64,000 bases of DNA from an uncultured Candidatus Saccharibacteria bacterium (GCA_964440545.1 CAYTSO010000001.1:63827-127826); one strand, 5' to 3'; positions 1-9,715 are shown, numbered from the stretch's first letter. Notes: generated by a model from the sequence alone, not told the origin. Program-made: numbers and translations.

Positions 1-270
1 ACTCATGAGTTTAAGGTTGGAGAAGTTTTAAAAGGGGAAGTTGTAAAAATAGCCGATTTCGGTGTTTTTGTTGAATTAAATCCGTTTACCGATGGTATGG
101 TGCATATTTCCGAGATAGCGCCATTTCGCGTAGAGAGAATTAGCGATATAATAAAAGAAGGCATGATTGTGCCAGTTAAAATCATAAGAATTGATCCAGA
201 AAGAGAAAAAATCAGTTTGTCTATTAAAGAAGCGGATAAAGATTTTTTCAAAAATAATGGAACCCATTAG
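1..270 (+). CDS. pnp: Polynucleotide phosphorylase, C-terminal S1 domain (5'-truncated by window edge)
   Basis: Frame-1 translation GEVLKGEVVKIADFGVFVELNPFTDGMVHISEIAPFRVERISD...KISLSIK is a canonical S1 RNA-binding domain closely resembling the PNPase C-terminus; stop TAG at 268-270. Confidence 0.7.
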   Translation, partial: THEFKVGEVLKGEVVKIADFGVFVELNPFTDGMVHISEIAPFRVERISDIIKEGMIVPVKIIRIDPEREKISLSIKEADKDFFKNNGTH

Positions 271-1168
271 GGATGAAGAAAACAGAATAAAGCCGGCAAG
301 AACAGAAGCAAAAGGCCCAGTTGTCGTAGAAACTTATGCCAATGACATGGCGGAGGTGCTTGAGCATGACACCGAAGGTCTGGTTAAAAAAATAATTCAC
401 GGGGAGGAACAGCACGAGGCAGAAAAAAAGAACCTTTCCCCCCAATCAAGAAAAAATAAACTTTTTATGCTTCTTGGTTTGTTGATGATTGTGTCGGCGG
501 TTGCAGTTTTAGCTTTTCTATTTTTAAACAGAGGGATAAACACGGTTCCAGTAGAAAAACAATTTACCCCTCTGATTTTTAATGATTTGATTTCCTATCA
601 AGAGATAACAGGACTTACTAAAGAAGAGATCATGCAAGCAGTTTTAAATGAAGTAAACAACACCCCGGTAAAGATTGGGGGAGTAGAGGGTATTTATTTA
701 AGAGAAAACAATAGAACAATAGGTCTTCGACGTTTCATTTCTGCAATTGAGGGCAATTTTACTCCCAACCGTGACCCATTTTTTGTCAGTGATAATTTTT
801 TGATGGGGGTGGTGAACGTGAACAAGAATGATAAACCCAGAACTCCCGGTGAAGGTTTTTTTCTTTTATTAAAAGTTCGTGAAACGGCTGATATCTTTAA
901 TGACTTACGAAATTGGGAAAGAAAAATGTTTTTGGACCTCCACAATTTTATCGGAGTCAGCTTGTCTGCCGATACAAAGTATCTTTTGACTAAAGATTTT
1001 GAAGAAGGAGTTGTAGACAACCGGAGCGCGCGAGTCCTTTATGACAATAATGACAATATTGTTTTAACTTATGTTTTTGCCGATGAGAATTCTGTGGTAA
1101 TTACAAATTCCGCAGATGCTTTACACGAAATTGTGCTCCGCCTCGCTTCCGCTTCACAGAAGCAGTAG
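257..1168 (+). CDS. Hypothetical single-pass membrane protein (cytoplasmic N-term, TM helix LFMLLGLLMIVSAVAVLAFLFL, large extracytoplasmic domain)
   Basis: ORF track 191..1168; likely real start ATG 257 overlapping pnp stop; one hydrophobic helix; no recognisable catalytic motif. Confidence 0.5.
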   Translation: MEPIRDEENRIKPARTEAKGPVVVETYANDMAEVLEHDTEGLVKKIIHGEEQHEAEKKNLSPQSRKNKLFMLLGLLMIVSAVAVLAFLFLNRGINTVPVEKQFTPLIFNDLISYQEITGLTKEEIMQAVLNEVNNTPVKIGGVEGIYLRENNRTIGLRRFISAIEGNFTPNRDPFFVSDNFLMGVVNVNKNDKPRTPGEGFFLLLKVRETADIFNDLRNWERKMFLDLHNFIGVSLSADTKYLLTKDFEEGVVDNRSARVLYDNNDNIVLTYVFADENSVVITNSADALHEIVLRLASASQKQ

Positions 1169-1169
1169 A

Positions 1170-2798
1170 CTATTTTTCTGAAATAGGTAGTTCAATATAA
1201 AACTGTGAGCCTTTGTTTGGGCCTTCGGATTCGCCCCAGACCTTGCCTTTGTGCGCGTCCACTATCAGCTTCACGGTGAAGAGACCGTAGCCGGTCGAGT
1301 CCACGTTTATCTCTACAGATTTTGCGCCTCTTCCGCCCTCCATGAATAGGTGTTTTTTGTCTTCTTCATTTATGCCGACACCCGTATCTTTAACGGAGAA
1401 TAGTATTTTATTATCGTGTTTAGTAAGCCCAACCATGATTTTTCCTTCTTTGGTGTATCTGATTGAATTGTCTATTAAATTATTTATTGCTTCCTTAAGC
1501 CAGAAAGGATCACCAGTCATATTGTAGTTATCATCTATTATTTCTACTTCTAACCCTAATCCCTTTTCCTCGGCCGGATTTTTCTTTTCAGAGGCAACTT
1601 CTTCCACTAAATCCTTAAAATTAGTATTTTTCATGTCGTATTTAACGAGTCCACTTTGCATATTATCGACATTCAATACCAGATTAACAGTTTGAATTCC
1701 ATTATTGTCAAAACTAAGACCTTTTTCCGCCATTTTTTTTGCTTCAGGAGATATTTCACCAAAAGTTCCAACCAGCATTTCAGAAAAAATAGCTTTTGTG
1801 CGGGCAAAAGATCCTTTCACCTTGTGGGTAATAAGATGCACCAAGCTTGCTCTTTGTTTCAAGAGAGTTGCCAACTGCTCCTTCTGTTCTATTTCTTTTT
1901 TAACGGATTTGATTAAATTTTGTCCTAAAATAATCGCTGCTAAAAATCCAATTCCGTTCAGAATAAAGTTTGTTTTTTCTTTAATAAAGAAGAACTGAGA
2001 GGCAATTAAAATTGCAAGCCCCCAAATTAATGCTTGAGTGGCAATGAGTTTTATATTGAAAGCCCTAAAACGAACAATGAGAATACTAATATAAATAATA
2101 AATATTACTATGCCAAATAAGCCATAATACTCAAGACGTGAGTCAGGAAGCACGCCTGTCTTAGTAAGATATGCCGCCAAAAATGTTACCGTAAAAAACA
2201 AAAAAAGAAATGATTCTATCCCTATACCCATAAGAACTATTTGTTTTTTAAAGTTAGACTCCGAAACGTGATATTTGCGAATGAGTAGTGCTAAAATCCA
2301 AAACATTGCTATTATTCCAAAAGCAATACGATAAAATTGAAACAGCAATCCCTCGAATGCAAATGCGTCGCAGTTGATTAAGCTAAACCCAGTTAAGTTT
2401 ATGTAAGTTGGTGCAAGGGCTATAACAGGGACTATCATTGCGAGAAAAATACCCTTGAGCAGGAGGGAGATGTCTTTCTTTTCAAGAAAGACATAAACAA
2501 AATATATGGAAAATATTGAGATGAGAGAAGAAAGCACTCGAAGAAAGGACCAAACAAAGAGCATGAAATCACTGTGTATATTAGTCCATAATATAAGATT
2601 TGAAAACAACCAAAGAGAAAAACAGACAGAAATGGCGAATAATAGCCAATTAAGTAGCGATCGGCGATCATTCCAAACAACAAATACACCAACAAGAATT
2701 GCAATTATCCCTGTTGGTATGTGTGAATAATAAAGGAGGCCTGGGGCATCAGGGGAAAAAAGAAAATAAAAAGGTTCCGAGAATAAATAGCAAATCAT
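1170..2798 (-). CDS. Sensor histidine kinase (multi-TM N-terminal sensor, HisKA + HATPase_c)
   Basis: H-box ASLVHLITHKVKGS; ATP-binding N/G boxes NLIDNSIRYT...VKDTGVGI...GYGLFTVKLIV; about 7 N-terminal TM segments; no response regulator in window. Confidence 0.85.
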   Translation of the reverse strand: MICYLFSEPFYFLFSPDAPGLLYYSHIPTGIIAILVGVFVVWNDRRSLLNWLLFAISVCFSLWLFSNLILWTNIHSDFMLFVWSFLRVLSSLISIFSIYFVYVFLEKKDISLLLKGIFLAMIVPVIALAPTYINLTGFSLINCDAFAFEGLLFQFYRIAFGIIAMFWILALLIRKYHVSESNFKKQIVLMGIGIESFLFLFFTVTFLAAYLTKTGVLPDSRLEYYGLFGIVIFIIYISILIVRFRAFNIKLIATQALIWGLAILIASQFFFIKEKTNFILNGIGFLAAIILGQNLIKSVKKEIEQKEQLATLLKQRASLVHLITHKVKGSFARTKAIFSEMLVGTFGEISPEAKKMAEKGLSFDNNGIQTVNLVLNVDNMQSGLVKYDMKNTNFKDLVEEVASEKKNPAEEKGLGLEVEIIDDNYNMTGDPFWLKEAINNLIDNSIRYTKEGKIMVGLTKHDNKILFSVKDTGVGINEEDKKHLFMEGGRGAKSVEINVDSTGYGLFTVKLIVDAHKGKVWGESEGPNKGSQFYIELPISEK

Positions 2799-3232
2799 AT
2801 ATTTATATCATTATTTACTGGTAAAGACTCATCTTCGGTTAGATCAATTTGGTAGAGGTCTTCTTCATTCATTTCCTCCAATACCGCGCAAGCGCCCCCG
2901 TCAATTTCTGGATCACAATAGGTGATTGAACATTCTCTGTCGGTTGGGAGGCAGATATTCGCTGCTTCGCAATCCGTTATGTTAATACCACATTCTTTTT
3001 CTAAATCAGGCGCGTATTTAATTATTTCAGTATAGTAATATTCACTTGTGCACTCATCATCTTCGCACCCAACGAAACAACTTTCTGTGGTTGGGTCACA
3101 ATTGCCCTCGTAGCTTACAAGGTAATCATTCAAAACTATAAAACGATAAAAAGACATAACGGCCGATACTACTATTACAAGCGCAACAAAATAGAAAAAA
3201 ACATGGCCTACAAATTTTTTTTTAATATTCAT
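2795..3232 (-). CDS. Small membrane-anchored Cys-rich secreted protein (13 Cys in about 115 extracytoplasmic residues), translationally coupled to the histidine kinase
   Basis: N-terminal TM FVGHVFFYFVALVIVVSAVMSF; CxxC/CDP/CEDDEC-type spacing; stop overlaps HK start (ATGA at 2795-2798). Confidence 0.55.
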   Translation of the reverse strand: MNIKKKFVGHVFFYFVALVIVVSAVMSFYRFIVLNDYLVSYEGNCDPTTESCFVGCEDDECTSEYYYTEIIKYAPDLEKECGINITDCEAANICLPTDRECSITYCDPEIDGGACAVLEEMNEEDLYQIDLTEDESLPVNNDINI

Positions 3233-3299
3233 GAATTAATTGTTATTTTTATATTATAACTAATACTAAATAATTTTCCAAGGAAATTGCAAACATATG

Positions 3300-4295
3300 T
3301 TAGCGTGAAGATATCGCGAACCTTTGTATACTCTGTGCCTTTTTTCTAATTTTACCATTAACTAATGAAATTGTGTGTTTTTTGAGAAAAGCAACAGGAC
3401 GATATCCCATTTTTGTTTCCCTTAATCTTTCCAGTCCTAAATCTTGTTGCCAGTTCCAGTGTGTTATACCAAGTGTCATTAAGTGCTGGGCCAATTCTCT
3501 GTTAAGAAATTCGTATATACCCTTAAAAGAATTATTTGCCTTAATAAAATGAGCCATAACATTTTTCCTAGGCAATAGTTCATCGATACTAAAACCAATC
3601 ATTACGCCACTAGAAAAAAGGCAAGATAAAATTATCTGATGATTAGCCTCCGTCTTAAGTAAACGGTTAATGGCTTTTTCTTCAAAGCTCAGGTCGTATT
3701 TCTTGTTTTGTATTTTTTTTTGGGCCTCCCACTGTCGCAATACTGAGTGTATTTCTTTTTGCATTGATATGTCGTGTAAATTCTTTAACTGGAGAGTAAC
3801 ATCCGGATATTCGATCGAGAATTTAGAAGCCAAATGCCTTAATTCATTAAATTTTTTACCCTTAAGTTCAGCCAGCTCCTTGATAGAAAACATGTAATCA
3901 AAGTTGTTACGGTCTTCCTCTATCTTTAATTTATTGGAGCGCAGGTGCTGGGTAGATTCTTCTGTTATAAAACGAAGTTCGGGAAGTATTTTATTTTTTT
4001 CTGCATAATGTAAGAGTTGAAGTGCCGTGTCCTTACACTTGCTTGTGCCCAAGAAAGATAAAAATGGTTCTTTTGTGTTGTAGTCGGTAAAAAGAAAAAC
4101 CAAGTTTCCGTTTAGTTTTGTCACCTTGCGGTCGTTTCTTGTATTCCATGCCCAAAGATTTATGAAATTAAAAGTGGAATAGAAGGGAAATTTAGAAGCG
4201 AATTTTTCGATTTCTTCTTTGTCAGATAGCTCAAGTTTTTTAAAAACCGGAAACTTAGGAATTGATGGACGATTTTTTTTACCTATTTCGGGCAT
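3300..4295 (-). CDS. DUF2156 / phosphatidylglycerol lysyltransferase (MprF) C-terminal-domain-like protein (standalone)
   Basis: ORF 3300..4313; probable start ATG 4295 (MPEIGKK) with extended -10 TGtTATATT 6 nt upstream; motif GKKFNELRHLASKFSIEY resembles the MprF C-domain G-K-x-x-K-x-x-R-x-x-x-N-K-F region; soluble about 330 aa. Confidence 0.35.
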   Translation of the reverse strand: MPEIGKKNRPSIPKFPVFKKLELSDKEEIEKFASKFPFYSTFNFINLWAWNTRNDRKVTKLNGNLVFLFTDYNTKEPFLSFLGTSKCKDTALQLLHYAEKNKILPELRFITEESTQHLRSNKLKIEEDRNNFDYMFSIKELAELKGKKFNELRHLASKFSIEYPDVTLQLKNLHDISMQKEIHSVLRQWEAQKKIQNKKYDLSFEEKAINRLLKTEANHQIILSCLFSSGVMIGFSIDELLPRKNVMAHFIKANNSFKGIYEFLNRELAQHLMTLGITHWNWQQDLGLERLRETKMGYRPVAFLKKHTISLVNGKIRKKAQSIQRFAISSR

Positions 4296-4366
4296 TTTGG
4301 TAATATAACACACTTGTTGTGTTTATAAAAGATCCAAATTGTTTTTACGAAGCCACCATCTGGTTG

Positions 4367-5284
4367 TTATTTCATAAAGAGTAGGTATGTTCCAATCACG
4401 GTCAGGCAAATTGCGATTATCTTTGGCCAGAGGTGCCTCGCATGAATTTTTTCTACAGTTATTTTTGGAAAAAAGATGGTTAAAAATATACCAATAGCTA
4501 AAACAAAAATTGGCTGAAACGATTCTGCGAGCAGCACCAGCGCAATAGGAGCGAGCATATAGGCAAAAGCAAAGGTTACATTTCCAAAAATGTAAAGTGA
4601 TTCATTTAAAACATTAAGAGAAAGAATTGCTTTTGAATTTTCACGTATTGCTGAAAGAAAGTGGGTTCGATAGGAGCGCATAAAGGTAAAGATAATTATG
4701 CCCGCTATGACAAGCATTAAGTGCTGCCAAAAAAGTGAACGCCAAACGTTTTCTTCTAGTGCGACTGCTTTGAATATAACTGATCCAAGTGCCCAAAAAA
4801 AGGCAGCAGCGAGCATGTACAGCACTGTTTTTTTACGGAGTTTAAATTTGTTTTCTTCGTCTATTTCAAAGGAAATAATTGTTGTGCCAAATATTATTGT
4901 GGCCATTGCGATGATTTGTATTCGAGTTAAGGTTTCACCAAGAATAAAATAACCAAGTATGCCTCCCAAAACCGGCACAAGTTGGTAGAACACAACTGTA
5001 ACTGAAGCTTCTTCGTTTTTAAGTGCCATTAAATAGCACCACAAGACAGCAGTACTTAGGGTGCCAACTACTGCAAGGGTTAAAATTGCTGTACCACTAA
5101 CGTCCAATATCGTTCTGTCTATTAAAAACAAAAATGGCAACGCTAGTGCGGAAAGAAAAGAGGAAAAAAGAACGAGTGTGCCGACACCACCCGCTTTAAA
5201 ATATTTTTCTAAAAGAATTTTATCTATGTGGTTCGTTAAGGCATACATAAACGGACCAATAAGAGCAATGAAAAACCAAGCCAT
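4367..5284 (-). CDS. EamA/DMT-family 10-TM transporter
   Basis: 305 aa, two repeated 5-TM halves, typical size and hydropathy of EamA drug/metabolite exporters; TATAAT 7 nt upstream of ATG. Confidence 0.6.
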   Translation of the reverse strand: MAWFFIALIGPFMYALTNHIDKILLEKYFKAGGVGTLVLFSSFLSALALPFLFLIDRTILDVSGTAILTLAVVGTLSTAVLWCYLMALKNEEASVTVVFYQLVPVLGGILGYFILGETLTRIQIIAMATIIFGTTIISFEIDEENKFKLRKKTVLYMLAAAFFWALGSVIFKAVALEENVWRSLFWQHLMLVIAGIIIFTFMRSYRTHFLSAIRENSKAILSLNVLNESLYIFGNVTFAFAYMLAPIALVLLAESFQPIFVLAIGIFLTIFFPKITVEKIHARHLWPKIIAICLTVIGTYLLFMK

Positions 5285-5355
5285 AGATATTATTATAATG
5301 CAAAACTAAACTTTTTTCTTGTTGTAATTTTTTATTTATGTGATATAATAAAAAT

Positions 5356-5496
5356 ATGAAGTCTTCAGCCAGAACATGGGTGAAAGATCAAAATAAACTC
5401 TTTTTGAGATTGCCAGCCCTCGCGCTGGTTTTTTTGTTGGTTTTTTGTCTACCAACTTTATTATTTGCTGAAGTGACGCAGGAATAATCCTTGCGT
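5356..5496 (+). CDS. Possible small membrane peptide (46 aa: MKSSARTWVKDQNKLFLRLPALALVFLLVFCLPTLLFAEVTQE)
   Basis: Short ORF below the ORF-track cutoff in the 5285-5511 gap; one hydrophobic helix; no other support. Confidence 0.2.
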
Positions 5497-5511
5497 GGCT
5501 GGGGTGAGACA

Positions 5512-6021
5512 TTACTTGGTTCTTTGTTTTCTTCTTTCTTCGAGAGTATTGTGATCTTCTATGATTTCATCTCTAATCTCTTCCCAAGAATCAACTTCTA
5601 ATTTCTTTTTATGATCAGGTGAAATGGTGCCATTTTTTTCTGTTAAATCATATTCGGTCCATAGATCCTTGTCAGGATCATAAATAGAAATCCAGGCATG
5701 GTCCACCGATTTTTTATTTTCTCCATGAATTAATTTTACTTTGAATCCAAGATGTCGAAGCATGGCTACAGAGATATTAGTAATTGCTCCACAACTTGTC
5801 ATTCCTTTTTCAAAAGCCTCTTCTGCCGGAGTGAACCTGGATTCGAGGATGCTTTTGGGTTTGTATTGTTTAGGCAAGCTACGGGCGCGATCCTTAATAA
5901 ATTTACCAATTGCCAAGACGAGTTCTTTTGTATTTTTATTTTCTCTCCGCAAGAATTCGGCTGTTTTGTACATAAAAATTTTTAATTTATCTTCTGGTAT
6001 GCAAAGTCGAACTTTGCACAT
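5512..6021 (-). CDS. Transglutaminase-like cysteine protease superfamily protein
   Basis: Cys-His-Asp core: GMTSCGAITNISVAMLRHLGFKVKLIHG ... VDHAWISIYD matches transglutaminase-like domain signatures; 6 nt downstream of the CYTH gene (operon). Confidence 0.6.
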   Translation of the reverse strand: MCKVRLCIPEDKLKIFMYKTAEFLRRENKNTKELVLAIGKFIKDRARSLPKQYKPKSILESRFTPAEEAFEKGMTSCGAITNISVAMLRHLGFKVKLIHGENKKSVDHAWISIYDPDKDLWTEYDLTEKNGTISPDHKKKLEVDSWEEIRDEIIEDHNTLEERRKQRTK

Positions 6022-6027
6022 TTATAT

Positions 6028-6612
6028 TTAGTCATTTTTCAAAAACGGATTCTGCATATCAAAAACAATCTTGGGGGTTTGGTGGTTCACTTGTTCTTCG
6101 GTTATTCCATATTTTTCAGCATATAGGGTTCCGACAGCGCAAAATTTTGCTTGACCCCAACCAAAGCCAATTTTTTGAGAAACGTTTTTTACTTCTTCTT
6201 CTGAGTGCCCCTCCACTTCAACGTATGGCTCTAAAAATGGCCACTCATCAATAGTTATTTCTACGTTATTCAGTTTCCAAAGTTCTCGTTTGCTCTCTTG
6301 GTATGATTTTGGTTCACACCCGACCAGTTCAAGAAGTTTCACAGCGTCATCGAAATTGTTTACATCAAGACATAATTCTTTTTGGTTTTCAATCTTATCA
6401 CCGTCAACGATTTTTAGGCTCAAGGTAATTCTATTTCCCTCGTCGTGGACCCGAAGCCAAGAGCTTTCGGAATTTTTTCTTCCTGGTAAATAAAAAGGAA
6501 CACGCTTTTGTAAATACTCCGGGCGCACAAGGATTGCGCCTTCTTTTTTCAAGCGTTCGCGTATTTCATCTTTATTTATGTTTGGAAAAGTCGCTTCGTA
6601 TTCTGTTTGCAT
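6028..6612 (-). CDS. CYTH-domain protein (CyaB/thiamine-triphosphatase-like triphosphate tunnel)
   Basis: N-terminal MQTEYEATF (ExEx motif), about 190 aa size, alternating charged beta-strand pattern typical of CYTH; extended -10 TGaTATAAT 6 nt upstream of ATG. Confidence 0.5.
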   Translation of the reverse strand: MQTEYEATFPNINKDEIRERLKKEGAILVRPEYLQKRVPFYLPGRKNSESSWLRVHDEGNRITLSLKIVDGDKIENQKELCLDVNNFDDAVKLLELVGCEPKSYQESKRELWKLNNVEITIDEWPFLEPYVEVEGHSEEEVKNVSQKIGFGWGQAKFCAVGTLYAEKYGITEEQVNHQTPKIVFDMQNPFLKND

Positions 6613-6677
6613 TTGGCCATTATATCACAAAGGTATTGGGGGCTTGCCTTCACATTGTAAAATGCTATTATTTGCGT

Positions 6678-7034
6678 ATGTTAGATAAAAAGAAAATTAA
6701 AGAAAAACTAGAGAAAGAAAGAGACGAATTGCTCGAGCAGTTGAAGGATATGGGTAAATTTAACGCTGAAACAAACGACTGGGAAGCTATTCCAGAAGAG
6801 CTGGAATACCCAGATGTTGATGATGGCGATAAAGCTGATCGCTCTGAAGATTTTGAGGCAAGAAGCTCTATCGTGGAAACACTGGAGCCTAGGTTAAAAA
6901 CTATTTTAGAGGCGCTTAAAAATTTAAACAAGGCATCTTTTGGAAAGTGCGAAGTTTGCAAGAAGGCGATCGAAGAAACTCGGCTTGAAGTAAATCCGTC
7001 TGCTCGAACCTGCAAAGAACACATAAAGGGGTAA
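6678..7034 (+). CDS. TraR/DksA-family C4-type zinc-finger protein
   Basis: C-terminal CEVCKK-x17-CKEH zinc finger after acidic coiled-coil; start ATG 6678 in frame with ORF 6534..7034; extended -10 TGTAAAAT at 6656-6663. Confidence 0.6.
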   Translation: MLDKKKIKEKLEKERDELLEQLKDMGKFNAETNDWEAIPEELEYPDVDDGDKADRSEDFEARSSIVETLEPRLKTILEALKNLNKASFGKCEVCKKAIEETRLEVNPSARTCKEHIKG

Positions 7035-7042
7035 AATAAATT

Positions 7043-8647
7043 ATGAGTTTCGCTAAGGTTTATTCCGCACAAGTTAATTTGCTTAGTGGGGTAATCGTGA
7101 CGATTGAGGTAGACTTGTCGCGTGGATTACATGCTTTCAGCGTGGTCGGTCTTCCAGATAAGGCGGTAGACGAATCCAAAGACAGGGTAAGTAGCGCGAT
7201 AAAAAATTCCGGTTTTCAATCTCCAAAAGCAAAAAATCAAAAAATAATTGTTTCACTTTCACCGGCCGACTTGAAAAAAGAGGGGCCGTTTTTTGATTTA
7301 GCTATTGCGCTTTCCTATTTGCTTGCCACGGGCGATGCGAAATTTAATTCGGAGAAAAAAATTTTTCTTGGAGAACTTGGATTGGACGGAACTCTGCGCA
7401 AAATTCGGGGTGCTTTACCTCTTGCCCAAGAAGCGAAGAGAAAGGGTTTTGAAGAAATATATTTGCCGAAGGAAAATGCAAAAGAGGCGGCCTTGGTTGA
7501 GGGTATAAAAGTTTTTGGAGCAAGTAATTTGAAAGAGGTGGTGGGGCACTTGAGCTTCGACGAGCTTAGTAAAATTTCTTCGGGTCCTCGGTTTGGGGCC
7601 AGACCAACTCAGAAATTTTCTGAGCTCGCCGAAGTAGCAAGACTAATTCCCGCTCAGCCAAAAACAGAAATAAATTATAAAAAAGAAATGAAGGGTTCAG
7701 ATTTTTCAGATATTCGCGGACAGGAGGGCGCTAAACGAGGATTGGAAATCGCGGCTGCCGGCGGGCACAATATTGCTATGTACGGCCCGCCCGGCACAGG
7801 GAAGACAATGCTGGCGAGAGCTTTTTCTCAGCTTTTGCCAGATTTAGATATTGAGGAGGTTTTGGAATTAACCGGGATACATTCTGTGGCGGGGAACTTA
7901 CAAGGGGAACTTGTTTGTTTTCCTCCTTTTCGCGCCCCGCATCACACTTCTTCCTACGTCTCTATTATTGGTGGAGGAGCTTATCCCAAGCCCGGAGAAG
8001 TTACGCTTGCGCACAAGGGAGTTTTGTTTCTGGATGAATTTCCGGAATTTGAAAAAAGAGTTATTGAGTCGCTTCGTCAACCGCTTGAAGATAACATTGT
8101 TTCTATCTCTCGTGCCAAAGGCTCGGCTATTTTCCCCTCCAATTTTATTTTGGTAGCAGCGATGAACCCTTGCCCGTGCGGAAATACCGGGAATAAACAA
8201 AAAGCCTGCATTTGTAAACCGTCCGATTTAGATAGGTACAAAAGAAAACTGTCCGGACCGATAGTTGACCGCATTGATCTTTGGGTTTCTGTTGGAAACG
8301 TGGATTATAAAAAACTAGGCGGAGAAGGGAGTGGAGAAAAGAGTGAAAAAATAAAAGAAAGAATTATTCGCGCCAGAGAAATACAAAAAGAAAGGTTTAA
8401 AAAATTTGGCAAAAAAATCACCATGAATAGTGAGATGAACGTAAAAGACCTTGGGGAAATGGTGGCGTTAAGTGGCAAGGTGAGAGATATGCTAGACGAC
8501 AGCGCGGAGCGACTTAGCCTCTCGGCGCGTGCATACCATCGGGTAATAAAAATCGCTCGTACTATCGCAGATTTGGAAAATTCGCCAAGTGTCGAAGAAA
8601 ATCATATTTTGGAGGCGATCCAATACCGGCCGAAAGTAAATGCTTGA
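7043..8647 (+). CDS. comM: Mg-chelatase-like AAA+ protein YifB/ComM
   Basis: N-terminal Lon-like domain (VIVTIEVDLSRGLHAFSVVGLPD), Walker A GPPGTGKTM, C-terminal ComM region; SD AAGGGG 11 nt upstream. Confidence 0.9.
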   Translation: MSFAKVYSAQVNLLSGVIVTIEVDLSRGLHAFSVVGLPDKAVDESKDRVSSAIKNSGFQSPKAKNQKIIVSLSPADLKKEGPFFDLAIALSYLLATGDAKFNSEKKIFLGELGLDGTLRKIRGALPLAQEAKRKGFEEIYLPKENAKEAALVEGIKVFGASNLKEVVGHLSFDELSKISSGPRFGARPTQKFSELAEVARLIPAQPKTEINYKKEMKGSDFSDIRGQEGAKRGLEIAAAGGHNIAMYGPPGTGKTMLARAFSQLLPDLDIEEVLELTGIHSVAGNLQGELVCFPPFRAPHHTSSYVSIIGGGAYPKPGEVTLAHKGVLFLDEFPEFEKRVIESLRQPLEDNIVSISRAKGSAIFPSNFILVAAMNPCPCGNTGNKQKACICKPSDLDRYKRKLSGPIVDRIDLWVSVGNVDYKKLGGEGSGEKSEKIKERIIRAREIQKERFKKFGKKITMNSEMNVKDLGEMVALSGKVRDMLDDSAERLSLSARAYHRVIKIARTIADLENSPSVEENHILEAIQYRPKVNA

Positions 8648-8727
8648 TACTTTACAAAATAAATTATTATTTGTATAATATTTGTATTAAAAATCTTTAT
8701 AAAAGTTTTAAGTGATATAATATAAAT

Positions 8728-9705
8728 ATGGAAAAAGGACCAGGCCAACAGTCAAAATACAATGGTTTTGCGGAAATAACCAAAGACACCAACCCAGCAA
8801 ACCGAGCTCTTTTTAAACAGCTGGTTATAGACGCAAAAAATGAAGAGGAATTATCAAAATATATCACCGAAGGAGGAAGGGAGGGTGTGCATGTTCTTTT
8901 AGATAGGTTGAGTCCGGAATTCCTAATTTTATTATTCGAAAAAACACCACTTGCTACACTAAAAAAAGTTTTTAGCGAAATGAATAATATTGAAAGAAGC
9001 GGGCTTGATAAAAAGATGGCTACTATCGAAGGCGGGACGGAAAGATTAACCGACCTGAGGCTAAAAGTGGAGGAGCCAGAACTTGGAGTTACAGAAGAGG
9101 ATCTCAATATTAAAACGGAAAAAGAAAATATTGAAACAATCGAAATGCCAATTGTTACTCTGGAAGAAGGGCAATCAATTTCAGGGGAAGAGTCCATTCC
9201 TATTATAAGGGAGCTTAAAAAAGCCCTAGAGCTCATCGAAGAAATAAAAGAAGAAGGGTATATTGTTCATCCGAGCGCGCTTGAAAGAAAATCTTATCAA
9301 GATTGCACCGTCGAAAAACTTGAGGAGATCGTTGGGGACCTGAAAAAACTAAAAGGAATTATTAAAGATGTTAAGTCTGGAAAATTAAATTTTGACAACA
9401 CTCAAGTTGCCGGGGGGGAATATCCTATTTTGAGTGATACGGTTGAGAACGGGGATTATAGCCTGACACCTGTCTGGGATTATCCAGAGAACAGAAAAGA
9501 ATTTCCGCTCGAACAATATTCGAAAACTCAACAAGAAAAATTAGAGGATCTAGAAGACGCTTTTCGTGAAATACAACAAAACGGTAGCGGGGAAAAACAA
9601 GAAGAAAAAGATCCGGTTAAAGATGAACTAAAGGGGAAACAACGATTTAAGGTTGCTTTTTTCTTCGGCAGACATCTTGCGAGCAAGCAACAAAATAAAA
9701 AGTGA
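8728..9705 (+). CDS. Hypothetical acidic soluble protein
   Basis: 325 aa, Glu/Lys-rich, no TM, no recognisable motifs; TATAAT at 8716-8721 only 6 nt before ATG. Confidence 0.4.
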   Translation: MEKGPGQQSKYNGFAEITKDTNPANRALFKQLVIDAKNEEELSKYITEGGREGVHVLLDRLSPEFLILLFEKTPLATLKKVFSEMNNIERSGLDKKMATIEGGTERLTDLRLKVEEPELGVTEEDLNIKTEKENIETIEMPIVTLEEGQSISGEESIPIIRELKKALELIEEIKEEGYIVHPSALERKSYQDCTVEKLEEIVGDLKKLKGIIKDVKSGKLNFDNTQVAGGEYPILSDTVENGDYSLTPVWDYPENRKEFPLEQYSKTQQEKLEDLEDAFREIQQNGSGEKQEEKDPVKDELKGKQRFKVAFFFGRHLASKQQNKK

Positions 9706-9715
9706 TTGTTCTAAT

